A DNA stretch of 64,000 nt from Blasia pusilla. Lineage: Eukaryota. This document shows positions 36,201 to 50,059 of the stretch, in pieces. A program made the position numbers and the translations under genes. Location of the stretch: contig CM114271.1 in the NCBI GenBank assembly GCA_050084515.1, forward strand, positions 12,152,001 through 12,216,000. The letters are read 5' to 3'. How positions within the stretch are numbered: the first letter of the stretch is position 1; each line of letters begins with the position of its first letter. The notes below the pieces were generated by a model. The model was not told the origin of the DNA and did no database searches. It worked only from the letters and a program-made list of their open reading frames with translations.

Positions 36201-37402
36201 ATTTTATAGTCGATTTAGTAAGTTCGATCCCCAAGAGAATCATTGCTTGATGAAAAGAGAGTTCGGAATTACAATTCTGTTGTAATAGTTGTATTTAAAT
36301 GTGTGTGAGTTATATTCAATATCTTATCAATATCTTCTGATATTTCTTAGTACCAAAAGGATCTTTTCTCGGTTCTCTCTAGTGGAATTGACAGCATGTT
36401 CAGGTAGATTTTCCTCTCGACATCAAGAAACCTCAGAGAGATCTCAACACAGAAGCTGGCTTCTCCTACTTTCGGAACTCAATCCGTCTTGGCAGGTTAC
36501 TCTCTGTCAAACAGATTTCCTACAACTCATGTTGATTATTTCAGTGATGAGAAAGGTTTGCTTGATTCACTCCTCATTCTGCAGACCCAAAAAGAATACT
36601 CAGACATAAGCATCGCACATCAGAATGAATGAATGACTGCTTTACTACTCCATCAAGAACGAGAAAGCTTCAAAGTGTATACAAGCTCGAGAGGGTACTA
36701 CTCTCTTTCTCGGACCATTCCTACAACATAAGGACTTCGTAAGAGAATAATGATAATGACTTCTGCTTTGCTTCTTAAATATTTTCTGGAGTGGAAGTAA
36801 TCCTAAGATTCGAAACGTTCTTGATGAAGCTAGAGTCTCTTCACTGTTTCTAACTACCTAGATCTATGGTTCTCTTAGCTCTTCATATGATCCCTGTGAA
36901 TCCGTAGTACAAAACTGTTCTAACTACCAATTTGATACAAAGGGTCGCGCCCTTTCCTAGTCTAACTGTTTTAACATGTGTCTCTTGAAATCACAGTCCT
37001 TCTTAGCTTTGCTTTGTTGGACTTCAGGAGGACAAAGTACTCCATGCTTCGTTCTTATTTCTTGTGCTTCTTACTTCGTGCTTCGTTAAAGAGCGAAGTA
37101 CTTTGTTCTTCTTTTCTTCGTGATGCTTCGTTATGTAGCGAAGCACTTCAAAAACAGAGCTTCGTACATCTTTGTTAGGCTTCGTTAAGCTTTGTTCTGA
37201 GTCTTGAGACTTTGTTATTGAGTTTTCCTCTCCTCTAAGGCAACTCCTTGATCTTCCATCTCTCTGCCTTGTCCCAGGAGCTTCGTGATTCACTTATTCT
37301 TCTTAATAATAATAAATAATCATAATCAAAATCATAATATACAAGAGTCTTCGTTGAATAAAAAGATATATTCTTCAAGAGTACAAAATTTTGGGTATCA
37401 CA
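36201..37402 (-). mobile_element. Solo LTR family A within repeat A2 (one end lost by deletion)
   Basis: Reverse complement of 5911-7110, ending ...GGGTATCACA; ATTTTA microhomology at the deleted end. Confidence 0.9.
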
Positions 37403-37477
37403 GTTTGACATGAGAGAGAGGGCACACCTTTGAGAGCTATGGTGTGAGATGGTGTAGAAAGATTGCATCTTACTTTA

Positions 37478-37588
37478 ATTGGAGATATTTTAGTACTTCT
37501 TGTCTCATTTTTTGGATGCCATGAGTTAGCATGGGATCATGCTTGTTTGTGTGTGTGTTCAGTGACAGCGATGTGAATGCGCAAGACA
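37478..37588 (+). repeat. Terminal repeat B2
   Basis: Copy of 35916-36033, ends GACA. Confidence 0.85.
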
Positions 37589-40500
37589 ATCGCAATCTGC
37601 CATCAAACTAAAGTGGACGGCCCGAGCATCGGCTCCAAGGGCAAGTCCATCACCTCCTTTGCAATCACCTTTGAATGTGATGCAAGAACACCATCTCCAT
37701 GCTCACATAGCATAGTGGCCAACCAGAAAATCTTGGCGGGCGTACCTCCCAACATCATAACATCGAAAGCAGAAAACTGAGGAGCACGATACTGTGAGAA
37801 AACAGAAAGTGACGAAATCACTCAAAACTTTACAAAACTTAGAGATACAAAGTGGCCTAGTCCGTCCGTGCGCTCACAGAAGAGCTTTGATGGAACCTGA
37901 ACTGGGAGATAACTCGACATACGAGAATGCGCTACCGGTGCGGCTCCCGACTATTTGACTACTCGGGAAAACTAGGGTATTTACCTATTTTTCTTCATTT
38001 CTATTAATAGAAAAATTTTGCTTCAGGATGCCCCGCATCTGATGCAATATAGGGTTAGATAAACCTAGTAACGCTTCTCCTAAAACCACCTACGTCATAT
38101 TACTATGACTCCTTCGAGGTCTAAGTCGGAACCATCAACCTAGGCTTCTCCTCATACAAGGGGGCCCATCAGATTAATGGTGCTTAGAGAAGTGGATGTT
38201 GAGAATCCAAAAAATTCAACAATGAGATTCATCGTGGCCACCCCCAACATTGTACTTGACACATGCTCCTCCGAAGCACCAGCAATAGGAGTTTTTGTAC
38301 TCGTTTCTCGCATTGCCCTCCGTGCCTGCACTTCAACAACATCAACTCTACGGGAACTATGATCAGGACCCATCAATTGGGTCCTCATTGCCTCCAACAA
38401 CGTGAAAGACTGAGGAAGCCTGGTGTGCTTCATGGCTTCCCCTCTGTGTGGATCAACTATGCGGAAGCTCCACGTGTGTAACAGTGGCTGCCTCCAATTG
38501 GATAGTCACGCACATCCACCCAGGATCCTGCATATCTCTGGCTGCTCCATAGGACGTCGATGCCACGGATTTGGCATCGGATAACCTCAATGCCATTGCG
38601 GCAATCTGTTGTTGTAGCTGTTGTATCTCAGCAGCCATCCTCGCCTCATGCCCGGCGTCTCCCTTGAGGCGTCTAGGTGGTGGGACTCTACCTCCTCCAT
38701 GGGCAACTCCACCACCCCCTCGGGCAACTCGAGCTCCTCGTCCCCCAACGGGACCACTTGGTGCACGACCTCTAGGCCCACCTAGACCGGCAACTTGCTT
38801 TGGTGTCCTCTCAGGCCCTTGGTCCAAACGTAACTCAGGGTGTAAGCTAAAATACCTGGCACGTGTGTGACCGTACCTCTGACAATAGTCACACTAATAA
38901 CCTTCTCATGTAGCACCATCTCCTCCTCCATGTTGAGGCACGCGTCCATAACCCTGATGAGTACAATTGCGATAGTGATAAGCTCCATCACATGCCCAAC
39001 AAATAATCGCAGGCGGTTGCTGTTGAGCCGCCTATGAAGGCGCAGGTCTCTATGGCACGGCCCCATGCTATCCTCCCTGAGCTTGTGGAACCATAGACCT
39101 ATCTCAGAATCCATGTTGCTGCATTGGTGGTGCAGGAAATCGTGATTGCTCTTGCCCAGAACCCATGGAGGTCCTAAAACATCAATATTCTTGGAGGTCC
39201 GAAAACATCTCTCAAGGTAGGTGAGGTGTTCCTAAGAAGCACTCCCTCCCGCACCCGTGTCCGCAGGGTTTGGTCCAACATCACGTACCATGACTGAATA
39301 GCGTAGGACTCTGCCACCCTCTAAGTGACGTTAATCAACCGGTGCAATCGAATGGAGGCCTCACGCAAACTCTCACCCGGACGCCTGTGGAAGTCATGGA
39401 TGCTCCGTAACTTCTTTGTCGTTATCCCTTGGTAGCTCGTCCGCAACTTAGCAAAGAACTCAACCACGAGGTTGAACCTAGGACAAACCCAACCGGACGG
39501 TGCAACTGCTCTAGTGTGAGTTACCCCCCCCTAAAACACCATTGGTGGAAGAGGAAGTAGCCTCTCCTGACTCCTCCTCCTTATCTGGGAATGGCTCCGT
39601 CCATCACACATAGTGTGGGTCATAGTACAGTTGCCATGCCTCAATCTCCTGGGCATATCTATGGGAGAACTCATGATAATTGTCCATGGGCACCTCCTCC
39701 AAATGCTGGAACATTCCGTTCCATACTGTAAACGGGCTGAACTCTCTCGAGTTTGTAGCCCGATGTGAGTCACACCAACTCTTAAACTCTGCAATAAAGT
39801 CGTGCAACTCTATTGTGCCTATAGCACCTAGAAACCTACGCGTTCCTCTACCTCGGTCGTCCATCTCGTACGCCCAAGTGGTAGGACCACTCAATGTGTG
39901 CGGTGATGCACTAAAAAACTCCTCTACACTCTCCCCCTTGTCTGAAGATGACACAAAAGGAGGTCGAGGTGGTTCCTCACGTGGAGAACCTCAAAACTTT
40001 GCACTACTCTGGGCAAACCCTCTAGAGCTACTTTCAGTTCCACCACCTTGCCTCTCTAAGTCCCGAAAGGACGCCGTGATGACCCTTGTGTCCCTCTCAC
40101 ACGATCACTCTCAATCTCGCGAGTAATCACTCAATCACTCAAACTAAGTATGCGACACTCAATCTACACTCTCTCACTTAGACGTGTGTTGTGCGGCAAC
40201 AAGCGGCGTGGTGGGGCAAACTGGTTGATTTATCCTCTCATGAACAGCGCATACCCTCAACTCTAGACATCGCACACAGGTCTATGTCCCCTAAACCCAT
40301 ACATCATCGATGCTCTCAGAATTAGCACAAAACCCAATATCCCCAAATAACTACCCTATACCCGGAAATCCCTAACACGTGTTGGGAAAAAGACCAGAAT
40401 GGGCAGCCTGAATAAATGTCGATCGCTCCTCAGCAACTAGAAACCTCGACCCCAACTTGGTCATAAAGACAAACTCCTCCAAGCAGCAAGTCGTACTGCT

Positions 40501-41932
40501 CTAGTATTGACTATGCTCCAAAATCTCCTTGATGTGCGGTGCTGGTCTAGCGATACGGTAGGACATTGGCGGCACATGATGGATACAGACGGCACTTCAC
40601 TCAAGAATGGGGTGCGGCACTCGGCGGCATATCCTCCTCGGTCAACAAAACGCAATCTGCTCCCTAGTGATGGAGTGGCTCTGTGATTGAGACGGTGCGG
40701 TGCGGCCACCAACAACATGGGGCTGCAATCAATGGCGCGTTGCGGCTAAGGGCGTCACGACAGAGTACTTGATCATCGTTGAGCGACTATCAATTATAAC
40801 ATAGCAAAGTGGAAAAGAAATTGCGATCCCATGAATCCAAAAAGGTCACCTTGTCGAAGTCGCGAGTTAACAAGTGGCGACGACTCATACGAATTGACGA
40901 AGTACAGCAGCGACGGCCCTACCTAGCCTTAAACGGTGTCGGCGGCCCGATGCAATCCTAAACAGTGGTAGCTGCGGCAATTGACAATGGCAATGGCGAC
41001 GGCGGCAACTCGTGTTGGCGACGGCGGCGTCTGGTTTAGGGTTTGATAATTTTTACCCTAAAACTTGGAAGTTTACAAAATCGATCATAACTTTTGCTCG
41101 CAGTTCCAAATTGCGCAGCGTTTGTCACACAGCGTGCACAGCTTTAGGAACTACGATGGCATCAAAAAATATTTCAATTGGACCTTCTGATAAGAACTGA
41201 CGGGGACTGTTGTAAAGCCCTTCAATCTCCTATCCTACAAGAATTTTGGCAACGCTTCCATGCTGATTTCTCCCAACAGAAATAGCAAAATTGAGCGGCT
41301 TTTGCTCCGATGAGCACTCCCATGAGCCGTAGAACATGACTCACATTCCCCAACCTGCACCAACAGCGAGTGACCAGCGAGCTACTCCATTGAAACTCTC
41401 TCACTTCTTCATTCTCTCTTTGTAAAATCAATGAAATCTCACATCAATGTCTAACACCAAACTCTCCATGGTGTGCACTTTCTCTCATGTCAAACAAAAC
41501 CCACTCTCCTAATAAGAGGCTTGGGTTACACACATAAGACAAGGAGGACCATAGCTCCGCCGCCTGATGCCAAGAGGTTCAACAAAGAGAGAATGAGCTA
41601 TCAAGCTCTCTCTCTTGGAGGTATACCCCCTTCCCTCTCCCAAGCTCTCTCCTCGATAACCAATGCTTGCAGGTCACCTCCTTGGCTCTTGACATGTTGT
41701 AGCGTATCAAGGGCCACTTCACAAAGTGAAAAGTCAACTATACTCCAAATGGAAACTTACCTGAAATAGTAAGTTTTTCTATATGGCTCCAAATGAGCCG
41801 AAACGAAGGGGAAACCTGCTCTCGCAAGATGCCATGGCCGCAACAGGTCATTCTCGTCCTCTTGAGGCTATCCTATGGTATCTCCAAAGGCGCTCTACTC
41901 AATCTCTCCGATCTATCCTAAAAGACGTGATA
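37589..41932 (-). mobile_element. 5' segment (repeat A, leader, gag) of minus-strand DNMT-Gypsy copy
   Basis: Reverse-complement homology to 26445-30630; begins TATCACGTCTTTTAGGATAGATCGG at 41932. Confidence 0.9.
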
Positions 41933-44900
41933 TGACCTACAAGTGTAGGTCATCCTTCCCTTTATGAGGAGTAGCAACCTTGTAAAGGTTGATCCTCCTA
42001 TCCTTGTGTGGAGCCACTTGGACCTATAGGGTTGAGGGTTAGTTGGTAATTGGTCTCATCAAAGGACCACAAGTGTAGTTGTTAGGGAGTTAGTACCTTG
42101 TGTACTTCAGGTCGTTAGTGACCTGCTTGGAGGAGGTTATATGTCTTTACAAGTTACCCATGGAGGTTTTCGGAGGGTTTACCTTGGATGAAGCTCATTC
42201 AGAGCTCATCTTCCTTAGGATTAGACCCATGTTGGGATCCGTTATACTGTGCGGCTTACATGTACTGAGCTTGGAATCTCTCTTGAAGAATAGGCTAGGA
42301 TAGATTGAAGATCACACATATTGAGAGTTATTTGCATACTTTCTCCTAATTTTGCAACAATGTATATTATTGATATGGATGTTTGGATGAAGCATAGTGG
42401 ATTGCAGATTTCTTCAGAGTTTACAATTCATATCAACTTTATGATTGGGGTTGTCCAGTCATTCATATGGAGATATGTTACGATTCATTGTTAAATGGAT
42501 CTTAGAGTTATATGCATGACAACTGATGTATGTTGGCAGCGATGTCTATTCGCACAACAAAGGAGATAGGGCCCACATGGACAATCCTTCAATAACAAGT
42601 CCACATGCAACTTTGTCTAGGACTTATGCACTCCAAACTTGTATGTGATGCTTTACAATATAGCAAAAGCATAACACACTATTTAGATACATACTCAAGC
42701 TCAAAAGTTTTCTTTGTCCTCATTTTTATGTAGAGGCTTACATTAAACTTTTCCTTCTTCATCAAATTTCCTCTAATGGAAATATAATTTAATGCATTCC
42801 ATACTCAAGAGTTGTACCTTTTTAGAAATTTTTCCAAACTACGTGTCTTTACCTAGCATCCCGAGCCCCTACCTCTTCCTATCTTAATAGTCTTTAGGCT
42901 TCCACAATCTTCGTTATGAAGACCTTTAGTCATTGCTACAAATGTTTCTCCGTAATAGCTTGGTCTTCTTCAAGATATCTTTGATATGAAGACAAATTAT
43001 CTTATTCTTCTCCTTCATGTCTTCCCTAAGTTTTTTCTCACACATTTCTTCATTCCTCTAGAATGAGTACTAGTTTCCTTTAACTTCTTCTTCATCTCCT
43101 TGGAACCCATTCCACATACACTTTCCCGAATACCCAATGCGATTCCATTTTACTCCCAAGATATATGCAAGTTTACAAAATTTTATGTTTTCCCAATTCC
43201 TAATATATTGTAACAATCTCTTTCTAACTCTCATTTCCTCATTCCTTATCCTAAATCTTCAAATTTTCCTAAAGGTAGGTATCACATAGAGGATATTCTT
43301 CTTAGCATTGTAGGCTATTTTGCATTATGTCCTTAGTTTTATACTTAGTGATCTCACTCATACGATGAACTTACCATTGTATCAAGCTTAACTCATTCTC
43401 ACAATCCCCGACTATTGGTTGATCATGTTCACAAATAAGACATTATAACCATGCATGGTAACCTCTTGCTACGATTTACTTCCGGTAGTGCACTACAACA
43501 CATAACACTTGAGCACTACACCCTCTCTAATTTCTATCATTTCACCTACAATTCTATGACTAAGGCTATTACTAGTGCATGATAGTCACGGTTAGAACCT
43601 AGAGATATATTATGCCAATAAAGCTAGCAATCAGGATGCATGGTGTTATTTATTCCAACACTTCCAAACTTTATTTCAATACTCACTCACCTTTTGTTCA
43701 AGAGTGACTCTTACACTAGCCCCATGCATAATTCATTACTCAGTGGCTTTCCATTTAATTTAATTTCCATATCACTCTTATGCTATCTCCTTAAATAATT
43801 CACCACTCCCTAACCTTCCGTTCAAGTTCTCAACTTAGTTCAACCACACACATTAATCCAAGTCTAATTTGGCTGCACACTTGTTAACATCTCAAAGTTT
43901 TCATTTGTATTGAGTTACGTTACCTTCTTTCTACTTTGGTGTGTTGGATGGAGGATGCCCCATTTTTTACTCCAAACAAACCAATCGTAAATTTGACTGT
44001 GTTACTATGTTTAATGCTCCCTATGTCTTGGTTGTTACGGCCATTACAAGCCGTAATTTTTTTTAGCCTATCCACGTGATTTTTTTTAACCTACGGCCCT
44101 CCGTATGTCGAGTTTGGTGATTAAGGAATTGGTCTGAGATAGTGATTCTTCACCAGTTTACCTCAGATCCCGAGAAGAGACATATATCTCATCGCATACT
44201 CAAACGATGCGTACAACTAAGACACCCCTCAACCCAACTGATGAGAGCTTGCACACAATTCATCGTCCATCCTGCGTTGCCGGACGAAAAGGTTGTGAAG
44301 CAACGCGAGCAATTTGTGTCAGATCTGGCTCATGACATTTACTTTCCGATCAAGTGGAAAATTTAATTCATCGTTACAGAAGCTCTGAAACATAGAGTCC
44401 AGCCTGCGTGCGAACTGATACGTGAATATTCGTGACCATCCAGATGTAGATGTTGCTCTGGATCTCCTAACCGTAGTTGTTGAAGATGAGCTATATACCT
44501 CGCGGGCGGGGAAACGAATAGATTTTCGTTCGCCAGATTGAATTCCTAGCTCTTCTTTACTGCCAAAATTTCCCCGTACCTCTCCATATGTCCAATTCCT
44601 TTGTAGTTTGTCACACTATTGTTTTGCGCCGGATACTCTCCGCCCGTCGCTCCTTCACAATTGGCTTTCATGCGTCCCAATATGTGCGACATTGTGTGCA
44701 AACGATCCCAGACGAACTTGAACTCTCGAGTTCTGTTTCTTCTCCCCCGTACTTCTTCTATTCTCGACGGTTTTGCCTCATCCTCGTCATATTTTGTTAA
44801 AACTCAACCAGGACTACAGCCGTGTATTTCACCCCACTCCCACATGTTTCCCAGTTAATGTCTCAAGTTCTTAATCCTTTAGATTCTCGAGGTATTCATG

Positions 44901-47900
44901 TCCTCACTTGGAATACAGCAGGAGCCGCTTGGTGTTCTATGGCTCCGGTTTTCGTGATGAGATTCTGGAGGTGAGTAGGCTCGTCACTTGGTGTGTCAGG
45001 GGCACAGGGGTTAGAGAAACCTTCCTCCTGTGTTCACAAGAGACATATTTAGAGAGAAGAAATCTTCGTCCGTGCATAATAAGGGCATTATGCTAGTTTA
45101 GTTGCGTATTAGCTTCCGCATTCTCAGATTAGCTTCCGTTTATTCTCAGTGTTCGGACTTGGGGATCCTGAGTTCACGGCATTATTCGCGCCTTGTATTG
45201 TCCTCGCTTGAATCTCGTACGTGTTACTATTTAATGTGTGCTGCACCTACTGTCTCAAAAGAACCTTGATGACTGCTGCTCTGGTATTCTATAATGTTTA
45301 TCTCATTTCTCCCATTCTCAACATGTTGTAAGTTCATACATCGACTCGATCTCTCTTTCATGCCGCGTTAAAATCACCACCTTTCGCTCCATCGATCAGG
45401 GGCGTGAAAGCCAGTGGATCTGTCCCATGACGCATCTCGACTAGTCTTGCGATTTTCTAATGTTCTAATCCACCGCTCAAGTTCAGTGTTTTCTGCGTTG
45501 TGCTCTCTCTTCTCATTCTTTACACCGTCTGGCAGCGTCACGACTCCAGCCCAAGTAACCTCGATTTGAGACTCCCCATCACTCTTGGAAGCCTTGTTCT
45601 AACTGCCAGGAGCTCAGAATTGCATTTGCATCTCGCAATTTCGGTGTAACCCTATCTGCTCTGCTCGTTCAGAGGAGCACCATTTGCATTCTGGTCCCCG
45701 CGATTCCATCTGGCGCTAGTTCTACGTATTTTATTTATGCAATGGGACCTACCACAAGCAAGTCCATGAATGAAGCCCTGGGGATGTAGGGAATTGGGGG
45801 GAGGTAGAGTCACACGTTATTTACTTTCGTCTAACTATTTACGTGTTATATTTTAACTCGAAAATCCTATGGGCTAAGACGGCTAGGAATTCTAATTAAA
45901 AAAGAACATGTGTGAAAACGAGAAGGGATCTCAAATCAAGAGGAACTTTCTTATGATATTATATATTGGGATCTGAAAACAATTGCACTTACATCCTTAA
46001 AGTTTCATAAATCATGATGTCTAGGCAGTAGGCGCTTTCAATAAGAAGAAGCCATGGGGGTGATCCCTTCTTTGAAGAAAAAATTGACTCAAAATTGTTT
46101 TTTTAAGACGAAATCTAGAAATATCTAAGATAAAGACAAGACATCTATAGTGACGGCCTACGAAATGTCATGTTACTCCTATCATTCTAAAGTACGAAAG
46201 AAGGAAATTGCGTAGAAACCTGGGGAAGACCAGATTTTGGAAGTAGAACACGAGGATCGTGACGATATGTCACCGTTTCTAAATTTACCTTTGGAAAGTG
46301 ACAAGGATTCCAAGAGTATGGAGGTGAATGATTTGGAGAGGAGCTCCTTTACCAGATATTGTATCTCAATCAACATCGTGCGATCGTAAAAGTAAGTGCC
46401 AATAATTTTCATAATTTCACCCAAGACAAAAGCAGGCAAGCAAGCGCCAATAGTTTTCATGGAGACATCAAAGACAAAAGAACATGTGCAGCTAGCCTTT
46501 GCATCACCATTGCAAACTATCATATGAAGACATTCCCCTTTCCTTAAAAGCTTTATTTTTTAATAGAACGAAAGCTAGCTTCTCCACTTGATCGACTCAT
46601 GGTCTAGCTTTAACGTACAAAAACTTGAATTGCCAAGAGGAATAATGCCAAACTTGTTGGAAAAGAAACTTCGTTACAGTTTCCTTATCAGGATCACGCA
46701 ACTGTTGCGTGAATATTTCCTCAAATGTATCGGAGTCAAGTCAAACAAAGTTATCCATTTCACTAAATAAGGCATTTCTATATCTACTTCTCGAAAATCT
46801 CGTAAGAACACGTACACATGTTTTTAAAGAAAATAGTTTAGATTCCTTTCACAAAGTTCCCTGTTCCCTTAAAAAGAGCAAGAAGTATTCCTAACTTCCC
46901 ATGGAGATCTTCATTCGTTACCTTTGACAAGACACAACTCGAGTTATCATGCAACATTATAAGCCTCCAAATCGGGACAAACTCGTGAAATGGTAAAAGG
47001 GTTTCCCCCTAATCCCCCATCGAGGAAAAGGACGACGGTGAAGTTCGCCAATAATGTTAAGGAAAGCGTCGTCACAAGACCCACCTTTCCCGCACTTCTC
47101 TCATGCTTTCCTCCCAGTTTTCATCCCAGCGCCGTACAGTACATGCGCTGACTGGGTCCGGGAGCGGGCGTTGTAGAGACAAACTTTTGGCAGGAAGACA
47201 AACGTACAGCGGGCTGATCTTAGCAGCATTAGGAACATTCCACATGCCTACATGAAACCTCTTCCCACTGGACTGCACTACAGCTGATCCTCTGACCCAT
47301 TTACTCGTGCAATGTTACAACGCCTACCGCTGGATTGCCGCACTTTCTTAGATATAACGAGATTTGATGATGCTCGACAATTAATCTCTGTACTAGAGAA
47401 TCAATTGACCTTCTCCGATGATTATCGAGGCGGGGAAACGGCTACAGATTCTTAACATTCGTTAAAGGTACAGAAAGGGTTGAAATGCAGCTAAAATGAT
47501 CTCTCGAGTCCTGAAGGCTGACTCTGAGTCTCTCCTCAAGTAGGAACTTTGATCGATCGGTGTCATGAATGACGTCCTTCGTGGTTTCACAGAACTCTCT
47601 TGAGGTTGACTTCCAAACATACATTTTCCATTGCGTACGTACTGACCTCACGGTCAAGGAGTTGTTACAGAAAACTGTAGACAAATCGGATGAGCTGGAT
47701 CAGAATCGAAAGAGTGAAATATCGGTCTTAACTTGAAGCCTGGTGAAATTGTGCGGCTCTGTGTAGTGTCCACAACAAAAACCCAGATGAGAGGTGGGTC
47801 TCTGACAGGGTCCTGGACAAGATCGAGGCGTGCTCCAGGAGGCATTCGACTTTAGGTACAAGCCAAATCAAACAAAACCAGCTTCGGGTTACATGTTAGT

Positions 47901-50059
47901 ATCTAGCTGTAATTCGTGTCAGCTCGACTGAACGACAAATGTGCTAACTAACGGAGACTCTTTTTGCTGGGTTGTTTCCTCATTTCATAGCAACAGAAAC
48001 ATGCTGATCCAAGCATGTTTCTGTTTAGAGACATGGAACCAGTTAGACATCATCTAACTGGTTTGGAGTTGCGGTTTATGTTAAACTCGTTTGGACAAGT
48101 TCCTACAGCGAAGAAGGCAAACGAACTTTTCTCTTAGAGGGATGTTTGGAGGGTATTTCATGTCCAAGGACGTCTCCCGGATTATGGGCGTTTAGGGTTC
48201 AGATCCGCACATTGCTGCATGTTTTAATCCAAGTGTGCAACACTGGGAGCGTAAGTTGCATGTAATTACCACATAAGTTTATTAATTCGACTTCCACTTC
48301 AGATGGCTCCTCTTCTGATTGTACATTTGCCCATAAAAATCAGATTTCACCCCAACTTCGATCTGGGCAAACCTTCGCCAAGTTTATTCTTTGAATCCAC
48401 TTATATCCAGAGGATCTGACCCCTGTTCTCAACGAGCGGGAGAAAAGGACTCTGCAAACTACCGACCAGCTTGACTACCAGTCGCGTAGTTTCCTTGTTG
48501 TACAACGAACGCTACCTGGGACATCCAGTTGTAGTCCCAGATATTAGAAGATTGACGACGGAATATATAATGCGCACACTTCTGAAGCTCAGACAAAGAA
48601 GAACTAGAAGAGGAGTAACTGCTGCTGGTGACTGGTTGGTGAATAGTTGCTGTTGGTTTGTTTGTCTCCATGTGAGCGGGGAAATTCAGAAATATAAAAA
48701 AAAAAATTCGCTTCTCCTCAACTATGTGGCACTGGCGAATTCCTGGTCTATGAAACTCTTTCCAGCAAAGAGTAATGGTCCGAGTCCAACACAACCCTCA
48801 ACTGGCAGCCCGCCGCATGGCACATGCGTTTTCTTTCATTGATCTTGGTAACGCTAATCGAAGGGGTGATCGTCGTTTTTCCGAGATCGCTAGACTAGAA
48901 TCACTGGATGACTGCAAAGAATTGTGGGACTTCTGGTCATTCGGAGTTCATTGATATCATTGTTTAGTGGAACTTGCACCGGAATATTAATGACACGCGA
49001 AAATTTTCCGGGGTTTGTCCGAAGACTGCAGCTGCTGCGACCTGTTAATGCGGTGTTTAATGCGGCCAGATGTAGTTAGGAAGGAACGAGCGAGCTTAAA
49101 TTCATAACATTAAGGGCATTGGTTCACATGGAGGGCAGGTGAATCCTTCCCACCGTTCAATTTTCTTACATTAAGGATCCCGAAGTTTATTGTTTATACC
49201 CCAAATCTTCAAATGAGGGGGAGGTTCTAGTAGTTCTACCAATTCATTCTCTTTTTCTTTTTTAATTTCACAAGCGAGAATTAATTTAAGAAATTAATTT
49301 TAATTCATTAAAAAATTCCATGATTCCTATTTTTCTATTTTATTTTTTATTATTTTTTATTATTTTTATAAAAAAATCAAAAATAAATGTTATCATATTT
49401 TCAAGAAAATTTTAAATCTGAAAATAGAATGATGGGACTTGAGTTATTTTTCAAAATGATGGAACATATGCCTTTAATCTTTCTTTTTTTTTCAAGTTTG
49501 GTGGGGAATTAAGTTGTATTTTAAAAAATAAAATTAATTATTAAAAAATTTCCTTGCGTAGTGAAAAAACATTATTTTATTAAAATAAAATTAGACACAT
49601 TCATTGATATTGTTTTAAAAATTATCATACCATTTTTTAACATTAAACTTTAGAAATTCATTCCAACATCTAGTATAAGCAAAAAATTACCGGTGATCTT
49701 AGTTGCAAAATAGCAATTTAAACAGGCACAAGAAAAAAGTAATTATTTTGATATACTGATGTCAATGGTTTCAATTATACGTCACAAATACATTTTTAAA
49801 ATTTTCAGATCTTATTTTAAATTAATTTCTAAGTATTTAATTTAAAAGGCAAACGGTCACATGATTCACATCGTCTAAACATTCCAAATGTCAATAAGAT
49901 ACGAAATTGCAAAATGAAAGGCATCTCATATAGACAGTAACGTACTTCGGAGCAGGAGTAACGAATAAAGGGCTCGAGGCAGCGGGCGAATGCCAGGAAA
50001 TCCGATCCAATCCCGGGGGATGGGTTTTGGACTGCCGTGAGCCTAACTGGCCCATCACA

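Larger units (their letters stand above)
26445..37588 (+). mobile_element. Near-complete Gypsy-like retroelement: Gag-PR-DNMT-RT-RH-INT-PHD, split direct repeats
   Basis: Starts TGTCATGTC and ends CAAGACA. Inserted in the minus copy, whose sequence rejoins across it (degenerate GCCG/ATCG duplication). Confidence 0.9.

Noticed and set aside
42600-44000. Very old retroelement remnant on the minus strand
   Set aside because: Only faint hints; too degraded to support by eye.
49240-49850. AT-rich island as a MITE
   Set aside because: No convincing TIR or TSD found.
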